Source of the DNA: a virus
Virus record (IMG/VR): IMGVR_UViG_3300044675_002751
Span: 1-64,000 of that record
Direction: 5' to 3' (one strand)
Length of the DNA: 64,000 bases
Notes under the pieces: model-generated
Told to the model about the DNA's origin: nothing
What the model saw: only the letters and a program-made list of their open reading frames with translations
Database searches by the model: none
Made by a program: the position numbers and the translations under genes
Shown: in pieces, positions 26,486-34,570 of the stretch
How the letters are laid out: every line of letters starts with the position of its first letter
Numbering within the stretch: position 1 is the first letter of the stretch

Positions 26486-27346
26486 ATGCCTATTAAGACA
26501 AGCTTCGTTACAGCAGAAGCAATTAGAAACTTTGAACTTCCCCAACACGGGAAGTCTTACACTGTGATCCCTCATGGTCACGCTATAGACGAAACGTATA
26601 AAGCATTACTTTCTACAGGTTTTAACCTAAAGAATGAAATGTACAAATGTACATTAGACGGGCAGGTTGCCCAAGGTATTTATCATCTTGATTATAGCAA
26701 CGATCCTGACATGGGACTTATGTTTGTTTGGTCCAACTCATATGATAAAAGCATGAGTTTTAAATGTGCTGTAGGAGCACATGTGTTTGTATGCATGAAC
26801 GGAATAGTAAGTGGAGACATGGCTAGTTTTGTCCGTAAACATACTGGTTCTGCACTTTATGATGCTGCTGTAAATATCAATGAGCAGCTTTTAAAAGCTA
26901 AAGAATACTTTGATGTACTTGTCCAGGACAAAGAAGAACTTAAAGATGTTATCCTTACGCAAAAAGAAAAAGGTACAATATTAGGAAGACTCTTTGCAGA
27001 ACAAGAAATTCTTACACTTACGCAGGTGGGTATTGTTAAGCGTGAGCTGGATAAACCATCTCATAATTACAACTGTAATCCTAACAGTGCATGGGCTATG
27101 TATAACCATGTAACCTTAGCACTAAAAGAATCTCATCCGCAGACGTTCCTGGAAGATCATGAAGTGCTTCATAGTTTCTTTATTAATGAGTATGGACAAC
27201 TAAGCAAACCTTCTATAGTAGATCATCACGATGATAGAGAGTTTACAGAAGAAGCTATGGTGTCTCCATTTACACCAAATTATGAAGAACAACCTGAAGA
27301 TTTTGAGCTTGAGCCTGCTGGAGCCTTTGGTGTAACATTTATGTAA
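26486..27346 (+). CDS. DUF932-like protein
   Basis: YTVIPH, NSYDKS, G..VFVCMNG, AW.MYN.VT..LK. Confidence 0.7.
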   Translation: MPIKTSFVTAEAIRNFELPQHGKSYTVIPHGHAIDETYKALLSTGFNLKNEMYKCTLDGQVAQGIYHLDYSNDPDMGLMFVWSNSYDKSMSFKCAVGAHVFVCMNGIVSGDMASFVRKHTGSALYDAAVNINEQLLKAKEYFDVLVQDKEELKDVILTQKEKGTILGRLFAEQEILTLTQVGIVKRELDKPSHNYNCNPNSAWAMYNHVTLALKESHPQTFLEDHEVLHSFFINEYGQLSKPSIVDHHDDREFTEEAMVSPFTPNYEEQPEDFELEPAGAFGVTFM

Positions 27347-27352
27347 TTAATT

Positions 27353-27388
27353 AAGGAGCAGAAATTAGTGTCTGCTCCTTTTTATTTT
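27353..27388 (+). terminator. Intrinsic terminator
   Basis: AAGGAGCAGA-AATTAGTG-TCTGCTCCTT plus TTTATTTT. Confidence 0.8.
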
Positions 27389-27399
27389 CCCTATCCCAT

Positions 27400-27756
27400 A
27401 TGTCAGAACTGAGGAAAGATACTGTAGGAGAATTATTTATGAATCTCTTGCAACACATGAAGTGTATAGAAGTAAGATTAGATTATGCTAAAGCAGCTAC
27501 TACTCAAAAACAAAAGTATGCTATTGATAATGCTGTAAGAAAAGTAAGAGTTGCTATTAATCATATATGTGATCTTTTAGGAGATAGTAATCAAGTGATG
27601 ATAGTAAAATCAGAGTTAGACAAGGTAGATCTGGTATATGTAATGGTATTAACTGAACAATTATTTTGTACACCAAAAGAAGACATGGAAAAAATAAGTG
27701 AAATGATTGACAAGTATTTATCTGATAAGTATGACTCACAAAACCCTGAAACATGA
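27400..27756 (+). CDS. Hypothetical helical protein
   Basis: 118-aa ORF, ATGA coupling with next gene. Confidence 0.7.
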   Translation: MSELRKDTVGELFMNLLQHMKCIEVRLDYAKAATTQKQKYAIDNAVRKVRVAINHICDLLGDSNQVMIVKSELDKVDLVYVMVLTEQLFCTPKEDMEKISEMIDKYLSDKYDSQNPET

Positions 27757-28460
27757 TTATAGGAATTAACGGCTACTCAGGTAGCGGAAAAGACACTATT
27801 GGTAAGCTAATACAAATAATAACCTGTAAAAAAATTCCTGACGGCTATGATTTAGAAGAGCTAATAGCTTTCTACCATGTACAACATGAATGGTGGCTGG
27901 AAGAAGAGTCTGGCTGGGAAATCAAGAAGTGGGCAGGTAAGTTAAAGACTATTGCTTCTCTTCTAACTGGCATTCCTGTACAGAAATTTGAAGACCAAGA
28001 GTTCAAGAAGACTAATCTGGGATCAGAATGGTCTACGTGGATACCTTATGAGAGTGACTCTCCTTGGATAGCAGAAGGAGAAAAAGCAGAGATGCGTATG
28101 ACAGTGAGAGACTTCTTACAAAAACTTGGTACAGAAGGATTACGTACAGGTCTTCATGAAAACACTTGGGTAAACGCCCTGATGGCTGACTACCAACCGC
28201 TAGGTTATGACCCACTTACAGAAGCAGAAATATATCCTAACTGGATCATAACCGACACCCGGTTTCCTAATGAAGCTAAAGCTATCAAGGATGCAGGTGG
28301 TATCATTATCCGTGTAGATCGTCCTGGAGTTAGTGCAATAAATGCACACCCTTCTGAAACAGGACTGGACAACTGGGACTTTGATCACAAGATCATGAAC
28401 GGTTCTGATTTAGTTTCTCTAATGTTTACAGTGCACAATATTCTTAAAAAGAAAAAATAG
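27753..28460 (+). CDS. Deoxynucleoside monophosphate kinase (T4 gp1-like)
   Basis: IIGINGYSGSGKDT, R.FLQKLGTE..R, W, ITDTRFPNE and HPSE motifs. Confidence 0.88.
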   Translation: MIIGINGYSGSGKDTIGKLIQIITCKKIPDGYDLEELIAFYHVQHEWWLEEESGWEIKKWAGKLKTIASLLTGIPVQKFEDQEFKKTNLGSEWSTWIPYESDSPWIAEGEKAEMRMTVRDFLQKLGTEGLRTGLHENTWVNALMADYQPLGYDPLTEAEIYPNWIITDTRFPNEAKAIKDAGGIIIRVDRPGVSAINAHPSETGLDNWDFDHKIMNGSDLVSLMFTVHNILKKKK

Positions 28461-28464
28461 CAGA

Positions 28465-28815
28465 ATGATTACAGATGATAGATGTCAATGGGCAATTGAT
28501 AATAATTTAAGTAATCCAAATTGCCATAAAGATTTCTGTGCTTGTAGCAAAAGATCATTATCTCTTGCTAAAACAAAAAGTAATGATAGAAAGTGGACAA
28601 TATTTGAAAATGCTTGTAAAGAGCTTGACAAAAAAGGTATCCCTTATAAACAGATCGGCTCAACAAGAAATATTCTAATAGGAAATATTATGACCTTCTA
28701 TACCCTAGATAATGAATTTACATTTAAAGGTAATAACAAAAGATATTCTTTAGGTAACAAGAAAAAAGCTTATGAATTTATTGAACGTATTGTGAAACAA
28801 TACAATTTAATATGA
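28465..28815 (+). CDS. Hypothetical protein, AT-rich, Cys-rich N-terminus
   Basis: 116-aa ORF. Confidence 0.55.
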   Translation: MITDDRCQWAIDNNLSNPNCHKDFCACSKRSLSLAKTKSNDRKWTIFENACKELDKKGIPYKQIGSTRNILIGNIMTFYTLDNEFTFKGNNKRYSLGNKKKAYEFIERIVKQYNLI

Positions 28816-29666
28816 AAATAATTAAACAAAAAACCAAGACATTAATCACTCGTGACAACGGAAGAAGTTCTGATGCTATCAGTCCAAACTTTATATACGG
28901 GTGCCTAGGTGGTTGCATGTCTTCCTATTGTTATGTAGGAAGATACAACCATGACCGAGTATATGTTAATGAAAATACTGATGATGTATTACACTCTGTA
29001 AACAAATGGATTGGTAAACAATCCTGGCCTAAGACACCTAACCAAGTAGACGAAAAATATTACACTATAGATATTGGCTGCAGTACAGATGTTCCCCTGA
29101 TGCGTAAACATTACAACTGGCAGGAGGTATTTGACTACTTCAGCTTCAAAGACTCCATGGCCAAGAGCACATTTGCTACTAAGTATCCTACAATGTTTTT
29201 ACCTATGAAGTATGATCTAGACAAAGCCAAACACAGAATCAGGGTGAGTTTAATGCCTCAGGAGTATTCTGATGTCCTGGAACCAGGTACAGATAAGATA
29301 ACTGCACGCATAGAAGAGATACCTAAGCTAATGGAGCATTTAGAAGTACATATTAACTTCTCACCTATTATTTATGCTGAAAACTGGCTTGCCAAATACA
29401 GAAGTTTGTTTGAACAAATAAAAGCTTCAGGCATAGACACCAAGTGTGAATGTATCTTCTTAACCCATAACATCCACCAGCATGAGCGTAACTCTCAGCC
29501 TGTCCGTAATTTAATATGGCGTCCTGATATACAAGAAGCTAAAGACTCTCAGTATGCTCCTGATAATATCCGTTACAAGTGGCAGATTAAACAACAGATG
29601 ATACAAGACTTTACCAACCTGTACTCAGAATTCTTTAACCCGGCTGGTATCCGATACATTTTTTAA
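28812..29666 (+). CDS. Spore photoproduct lyase-family radical SAM protein
   Basis: GCLGGCMSSYCYV, DIGCSTD, FATKY, RIRVSLMP, VHINFSPII, IFLTHN and NIRYK motifs. Confidence 0.8.
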   Translation: MKIIKQKTKTLITRDNGRSSDAISPNFIYGCLGGCMSSYCYVGRYNHDRVYVNENTDDVLHSVNKWIGKQSWPKTPNQVDEKYYTIDIGCSTDVPLMRKHYNWQEVFDYFSFKDSMAKSTFATKYPTMFLPMKYDLDKAKHRIRVSLMPQEYSDVLEPGTDKITARIEEIPKLMEHLEVHINFSPIIYAENWLAKYRSLFEQIKASGIDTKCECIFLTHNIHQHERNSQPVRNLIWRPDIQEAKDSQYAPDNIRYKWQIKQQMIQDFTNLYSEFFNPAGIRYIF

Positions 29667-29677
29667 CTCTTTCCAAA

Positions 29678-29926
29678 ATGGAAACAACTCAAACTATAAA
29701 ACAACAGACACCCGTAGAACGCTTGGCTGATTATATCCGGTCTCGTTATGAAACTAACCAGGTTTTTGAAAACCTAGTGGACAATCTTATAGAAAAAGAA
29801 AAAAGAAATATCATAGAAGCCATCATCTACGCTTTAGATGAAGATGGGCATACTGGTGATTGGAAAATCAAGTTTGCTAAAGACTACTATACCAAACATT
29901 ATGAAAAAACTATACAAATATCTTAA
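29678..29926 (+). CDS. Hypothetical protein (QTPVE..EKE..I..A family)
   Basis: 82-aa ORF. Confidence 0.65.
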   Translation: METTQTIKQQTPVERLADYIRSRYETNQVFENLVDNLIEKEKRNIIEAIIYALDEDGHTGDWKIKFAKDYYTKHYEKTIQIS

Positions 29927-29991
29927 GTGGTTAGAAGAGTATAGACTCACTCTTATGGAAAGAACAGGTAGAGGTTATTAAATCTTACGTT

Positions 29992-30684
29992 ATGAAAATA
30001 CTCCACATATCAGACACTCATGGTTTTCACGGAATGTTCCCTGACGAACGCTTTAAAGATATAGATGTAGTCATACACTCTGGTGACTGCTCTAACTGGA
30101 GAGATCCGTATCGTAATGAGCCTGAAGTGAGAAACTTCATTGAGTGGTATAAGAATGTACAGGTCAAGCATAAGATCTATGTAGCAGGTAATCATGATAC
30201 ATCTATTGAAAGACGTATGGTTACTCCTGGAGACTTTGCAGCAGCTGGTATCATCTACTTGGAAAACGAAGCAACTATTATTGACGGTATCAAGTTTTGG
30301 GGCTCTCCTATCACACCTACGTTTAATGATTGGGCTTTCATGAAAAAGCGGGAGAAAATCAATCTTGTTTGGCAGATGATACCAGAAGATACAGACGTAC
30401 TTATTACACATGGTCCACCTAAAGGTGTCAGAGATTTATCTTTTGACAGATATGGTGAGTTAGAAATGTGTGGCTGCTCAGCTCTCATGAAACGTTGCTA
30501 TGCTCTAAAAGATACACTAAAACTAGTATGCTTTGGGCATATCCATAATATGGACGGTGTTGACACAAATCAAGGAGTATCTCATTACTCTCGTGTTGAT
30601 ACAATCTACTCCAATGGTGCATGTGTATATGACGGTAAATATGACCTTGGACTTACTTCTCACGGAAACATCATTACATTATGA
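29992..30684 (+). CDS. Calcineurin-like metallophosphoesterase
   Basis: HISDTH, HSGD, AGNHD, LITHGPP and FGHIH motifs. Confidence 0.9.
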   Translation: MKILHISDTHGFHGMFPDERFKDIDVVIHSGDCSNWRDPYRNEPEVRNFIEWYKNVQVKHKIYVAGNHDTSIERRMVTPGDFAAAGIIYLENEATIIDGIKFWGSPITPTFNDWAFMKKREKINLVWQMIPEDTDVLITHGPPKGVRDLSFDRYGELEMCGCSALMKRCYALKDTLKLVCFGHIHNMDGVDTNQGVSHYSRVDTIYSNGACVYDGKYDLGLTSHGNIITL

Positions 30685-30851
30685 ATTACAAATCTCTTCC
30701 TGAACAGCTTACTTCTTGGATCTATGGTAAAAAGTCCAAAAAGAAAAGCAAGAAAACAAAAACTAGTCCCTGGGCAAAAAAGCATCCCGGGTTGCGTAAA
30801 CTAAAAATAACAATAGAAGATTATAACAATCTGTATGGAAAAGATAAATAG
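30681..30851 (+). CDS. Small Lys-rich hypothetical protein (56 aa)
   Basis: ATGA coupling; MNYKSLPEQLTSWIYGKKSKKKSKKTK... Confidence 0.5.
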   Translation: MNYKSLPEQLTSWIYGKKSKKKSKKTKTSPWAKKHPGLRKLKITIEDYNNLYGKDK

Positions 30852-31053
30852 ACGAAACATCAGTGGCATCTACATCTTCCACAAGTTTGATGAAGATGAA
30901 AGACGTGAACCCACATGCTTTGAAGACTGCCCCGAATCTAAACAAGATGAGTGGCTTAATTCCCTTGACGCTGAAGGTGTCAAGAACCTAGCTAAAATGT
31001 TAGGTAATACAATTAGATCTATTGCAGACCAATTAGACTTATATGGAAACTAG
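30835..31053 (+). CDS. Hypothetical protein
   Basis: 72-aa ORF (RNISGIY..CFEDC). Confidence 0.65.
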   Translation: MEKINRRNISGIYIFHKFDEDERREPTCFEDCPESKQDEWLNSLDAEGVKNLAKMLGNTIRSIADQLDLYGN

Positions 31054-31288
31054 ACCTCGTATTTCAAAGACAGAAGAGCTGTTTATCTTTTACAAAAGAG
31101 GCACAGCAGGCAGCGGGTTCACCGCACTTATAGACGCTATATTCAAACTTGATAGACCTAACCGGGCTAAAATAGCTCTGGGTTATCCTGAACTAGTTGA
31201 GGTTTGTAATCGGTACAATGACGAAACAGGGTACTGGGAAGATCTTCAACAAAGATTTAAAGAAACTGCTCATGCTATAAATTTCTAA
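31043..31288 (+). CDS. Hypothetical protein
   Basis: 81-aa ORF (GSGFTALIDA..D..N.AKI..GYPELV). Confidence 0.7.
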   Translation: METRPRISKTEELFIFYKRGTAGSGFTALIDAIFKLDRPNRAKIALGYPELVEVCNRYNDETGYWEDLQQRFKETAHAINF

Positions 31289-31299
31289 ATCTAAATGTT

Positions 31300-31527
31300 A
31301 TGAAAGACTGTTGTGTTATCTGTAGTAACGAAACCCTCTATGATTTTACGGACCACATTGATATGCGGTACGGATACATAGAAGGTCTTGGTCAGCTATG
31401 TATAGACTGCTTTACTGGAAAAAGTAAATCTGTTCAGATACCAATTAAGTTGGTAAAAGACACACCAAATGATATGGAACTTGGAAACAAAGTCCGTAGA
31501 ATGTACTGGGAAAATGGGGAACATTAA
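31300..31527 (+). CDS. Small zinc-finger protein
   Basis: CVIC...HID.R.GYIEGLGQLCIDC, TPNDMELG. Confidence 0.7.
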   Translation: MKDCCVICSNETLYDFTDHIDMRYGYIEGLGQLCIDCFTGKSKSVQIPIKLVKDTPNDMELGNKVRRMYWENGEH

Positions 31528-31542
31528 GTTCTCCATTTTCTT

Positions 31543-31573
31543 TTTGTAGACTTTGGAAAGTTCTCTAACTTTA
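31543..31573 (+). promoter_or_regulatory. Bacteroidota sigma-type promoter
   Basis: TTTG-19 nt-TAACTTTA, overlapping TTGTAGAC and AAGTTCTC boxes. Confidence 0.6.
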
Positions 31574-31596
31574 CAAAACCTAACCCCCTATAACAA

Positions 31597-31869
31597 ATGT
31601 TGCAAAGAATAAGTGTGAACCAGACGGGTGATAATACTTGTATAAAAGTTTATAACCCTGCAGAACAAAAGTTAATAGCTGTATTTGAAAACTATAAAAA
31701 AGCTGGTAATAAACTAGGAATTAGTGCTGCCCTTGTACAACATGCCTGTGTAAAAAAAGGTAGAGCGTACTGCCCTCTTATTGGTATGGAAGTAGCATTA
31801 AGATTATCTGCTATTAAAGAAGGAGATGATGACCGGATTTCTATTTGTAATAAAAAAACTCTCTTATGA
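31597..31869 (+). CDS. Stand-alone NUMOD1-like HTH DNA-binding protein
   Basis: KVYN...KLIAVFENYKKAGNKLGISAALVQHAC pattern. Confidence 0.55.
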   Translation: MLQRISVNQTGDNTCIKVYNPAEQKLIAVFENYKKAGNKLGISAALVQHACVKKGRAYCPLIGMEVALRLSAIKEGDDDRISICNKKTLL

Positions 31870-31970
31870 AAAAGTATGATTGGGTAACATCAGTTACGTG
31901 GTCATCAATACTGCTTATATCATCAGCAGTATGGTACTACATGCTTACTTGTATAATCTATAAACTATGA
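31866..31970 (+). CDS. Tiny single-TM peptide (34 aa)
   Basis: ATGA-coupled at both ends; MKKYDWVTSVTWSSILLISSAVWYYMLTCIIYKL*. Confidence 0.5.
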   Translation: MKKYDWVTSVTWSSILLISSAVWYYMLTCIIYKL

Positions 31971-32377
31971 AAGTATCTTTTGATTTTGACGGCACCCTGG
32001 AGTTTCAAAATGTCCAGAAATATGCCAAGCAGCTTCTTGAACAAGGAGTTGAAGTGTGGGTGGTTACCACCAGGTGGGATGAAAACCACAAACATAAATA
32101 CCCCATGAACGCCACACTGGACGATCTCTGGGAAGTAGTTGACAGAATAGGTATACCAAGACATCAGGTAAGGTTTACCTGCATGGAGTGGAAGCACACT
32201 TATCTAAAAGGGACCAACTTTATTTGGCACCTTGATGACAATGAAACAGAGTTTGATCATGCTAGAAAAAATCAATGCAACGTACCCATGGTATCTGTAG
32301 ACATGAACGGCTGGCAAGATAAATGTGATAGGTTACTAGAAGAGCGTATAAATCAAAATCAAACTACTGCATCATGA
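31967..32377 (+). CDS. HAD-superfamily phosphatase
   Basis: SFDFDGTL (DxDGT), VVTTR, K and HLDD motifs. Confidence 0.8.
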   Translation: MKVSFDFDGTLEFQNVQKYAKQLLEQGVEVWVVTTRWDENHKHKYPMNATLDDLWEVVDRIGIPRHQVRFTCMEWKHTYLKGTNFIWHLDDNETEFDHARKNQCNVPMVSVDMNGWQDKCDRLLEERINQNQTTAS

Positions 32378-32541
32378 CTATGAAACGATTATCTACAGGA
32401 TTATTTATCCTATTTGGAGCTGCGGCTGCTTATGATTATTACAACTGTGGCACTACAGCAGCTGCCTGGGGCGTACTAGCTATCACAGCTTTTGGCTTCT
32501 GGATGGAAAGCACTATTAAAGAACATCTTAAAAAACAGTAA
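32374..32541 (+). CDS. Small two-TM protein (55 aa)
   Basis: Coupled at both ends; MTMKRLSTGLFILFGAAAAY...AWGVLAITAFGFW. Confidence 0.55.
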   Translation: MTMKRLSTGLFILFGAAAAYDYYNCGTTAAAWGVLAITAFGFWMESTIKEHLKKQ

Positions 32542-33305
32542 TGAGTAACACTGTAGAACTGTTAGGATACTACGGAGGAGACAAAGAACATGCAATGAGT
32601 GCATGGACTTCTACCAGCCGTGATTACAAAAGCAAGAAAGAACGCATGCCAGGTTTGCTAAAAATGTTAGCATCAGAGGGACATCACACTCCCTTTGAAA
32701 AGAGTACGTTGCATTTTCTGGTCAACACAGACATTGCTACGCACATCCACCTCATTAAACACAGGGTGGGTGTATCGGTCAACGCTGAGTCAGCTCGATA
32801 TAAAGAGCTCAAGGAAGATAAGTTTTATATTCCTGAAGACTGGACATTAGTAAGCAGATTTGATGACGTCTATTTGAATGATGATGACGCAGAACCTACT
32901 ACAGCACTTAATAAAACTCGGTGCTATGAATATGATAGTGCATTAAACGCACTTCTTGAAGATGCTGATAGTTCAGAACAAAGTGAAACGTGGCATGGAC
33001 TATTAGAAGCATATACTAAACTAGGTAACAAATTGTACCATGCTGCTCTTGAAGATTTAACACCTGTTTTGGGACGCAAGCGTGCTAAAGAGTCCGCCAG
33101 ATTCTTTAAGACCTACAACTCTCAGATTTGTGCTGATGTACAGTTTAACTTCCGCAGCTTTATGCATTTCCAGGGTTTACGCAACTCTGAGCATGCTCAA
33201 TTGGAAGTTAGAGAAGTAGCTCAGCAAATGCTGAAGCTTGTACAAGACATCCCAGGTAATCCATTTATACAATCACTTAAAGCTTTTGGTTATGATTCTC
33301 AGTGA
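32541..33305 (+). CDS. thyX: Flavin-dependent thymidylate synthase
   Basis: GHHTPFE, KHRVGVSVNAESARY (RHRx7S-like), KESARF, NFRSFMHF..LR..HAQLEVR. Confidence 0.9.
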   Translation: MSNTVELLGYYGGDKEHAMSAWTSTSRDYKSKKERMPGLLKMLASEGHHTPFEKSTLHFLVNTDIATHIHLIKHRVGVSVNAESARYKELKEDKFYIPEDWTLVSRFDDVYLNDDDAEPTTALNKTRCYEYDSALNALLEDADSSEQSETWHGLLEAYTKLGNKLYHAALEDLTPVLGRKRAKESARFFKTYNSQICADVQFNFRSFMHFQGLRNSEHAQLEVREVAQQMLKLVQDIPGNPFIQSLKAFGYDSQ

Positions 33306-33828
33306 CAAGACTATTCTACAAGAGATAGCAGCAGGTAATATTGTAATTGATCCACTCAATCTTGCACATGTAAACCCAAACAGTGTAGACTTAACGTTGG
33401 CTCCAGAGTTTAAACGTTATGCTCCTGGTGTACTAGATCCTCGTAAACCCTCAGAAATTTATTCATTTAAGATACCTGAAGAAGGTATGGTCATTGCACC
33501 TGGTGATGTATATCTCTATGCATGTAACGAACGCATTGGTGTAAAGAATAACATCCGTGCTAAGGTAGAAGGTAAATCATCATTAGGAAGACTAGGACTG
33601 TTTATTCACGTTACGGCGGGTTTTATAGACACTGGTTTTGAAGGAAGCCTGGTCCTGGAACTAGTAGCTACACGTGCTATCAAGCTTTATCCTAATATGA
33701 AAATCTGCCAGGTAGAGTTTGCCCGGGTAGAAGGAGAAATACTAGAAACCTATGACAAGAAATCAGGAAGTAAATATCACGGACAGACCGGTGTTCAAGA
33801 ATCAAAGTATCATGAAAACTTCAAGTGA
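33292..33828 (+). CDS. dcd: dCTP deaminase (possibly dUMP-forming)
   Basis: MILSD, NPNSVDLTL, EGKSSLGRLG, AGFIDTGFEG..LE, YPNMKICQ and SKYHGQ motifs; true start ATG33292. Confidence 0.9.
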   Translation: MILSDKTILQEIAAGNIVIDPLNLAHVNPNSVDLTLAPEFKRYAPGVLDPRKPSEIYSFKIPEEGMVIAPGDVYLYACNERIGVKNNIRAKVEGKSSLGRLGLFIHVTAGFIDTGFEGSLVLELVATRAIKLYPNMKICQVEFARVEGEILETYDKKSGSKYHGQTGVQESKYHENFK

Positions 33829-34393
33829 TTACTACGAAGAAGATGGTAAAATAGTTCTGACAGCAGACTTCCACATCAAACGTGGAAGCTGCTGCGGAAA
33901 GGTGTGCCGTCATTGTCCATATACTAAACCTCACACTAAAGGAAACAAAACCCTTGAAAAAATGAAAAGAGCTCTGTATTTAGATGACGTTCGTACACCT
34001 ACCACTACGATCAACGGTTACGAACCGTGGTATGTTGTAAGAAACTACGAAGAGTTTGTAGGATGGATTACAGAGAACGGTATACCGGATCTAATATCCT
34101 TTGACCATGACCTAGCTGAAGAACATGTAGAAGACTACTTCAGTCAGTTAGCTCTTAATGGATTCCAGTATCCAACATATGAAAAATATGTAGAGAAGAC
34201 TGGGCTTGACTGTGCCCGCTGGCTGGCAGAATATGTCCAGAATAACAATGCAGTGCTAAAGTCTGTATGTGTACACTCACACAATCCTGTGGGTGCAACT
34301 AACATACAGAGCTTTATCAACGGCCTGAAAAAACATATGGGATGGGAGCAAGATTGCTACCTAGGTCGTCATCCCTTTACAACCGAAAAATAA
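33812..34393 (+). CDS. DUF5522-like Cys motif fused to a cyclic-phosphate-processing receiver-like domain
   Basis: DYY.EDGKIVLT..FH.KRG.CCG..CRHCPY, then LYLDDVR.P..ISFDHDL..TG.DCA.WL..VHS.NPVG. Confidence 0.65.
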   Translation: MKTSSDYYEEDGKIVLTADFHIKRGSCCGKVCRHCPYTKPHTKGNKTLEKMKRALYLDDVRTPTTTINGYEPWYVVRNYEEFVGWITENGIPDLISFDHDLAEEHVEDYFSQLALNGFQYPTYEKYVEKTGLDCARWLAEYVQNNNAVLKSVCVHSHNPVGATNIQSFINGLKKHMGWEQDCYLGRHPFTTEK

Positions 34394-34398
34394 AATAA

Positions 34399-34569
34399 AT
34401 GTTTGAAGTAAAAGTGATACTGATCAGTTCCTCAGAAATGTTATTTGGAACAATGCTCGACACAGGAGAAATGGAAGTAGAAGAAAGTATGTGGGTAAAG
34501 TTTACCAGGTTCCGTTTAGGACTGATATTCTTTACCCTTGACTTTACTTACTTTACTCCTAAGTTTTAA
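34399..34569 (+). CDS. Small hydrophobic protein (56 aa)
   Basis: ATG34399..TAA34569, abuts the convergent giant gene. Confidence 0.5.
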   Translation: MFEVKVILISSSEMLFGTMLDTGEMEVEESMWVKFTRFRLGLIFFTLDFTYFTPKF

Positions 34570-34570
34570 G

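Noticed and set aside
2963-32197. Short minus-strand ORFs opposite the plus-strand genes (e.g. 4029-4460, 8943-9350, 30010-30411)
   Set aside because: Fully antisense to well-supported genes, with no leader or motif
33238-33291. N-terminal extension of dCTP deaminase given by the track
   Set aside because: The family starts at MILSD (ATG33292); the extension overlaps thyX
7438-33828. Uracil-substituted or hypermodified genome
   Set aside because: An intact ung plus thyX argues for thymine DNA; no base-modification enzymes recognised in the window
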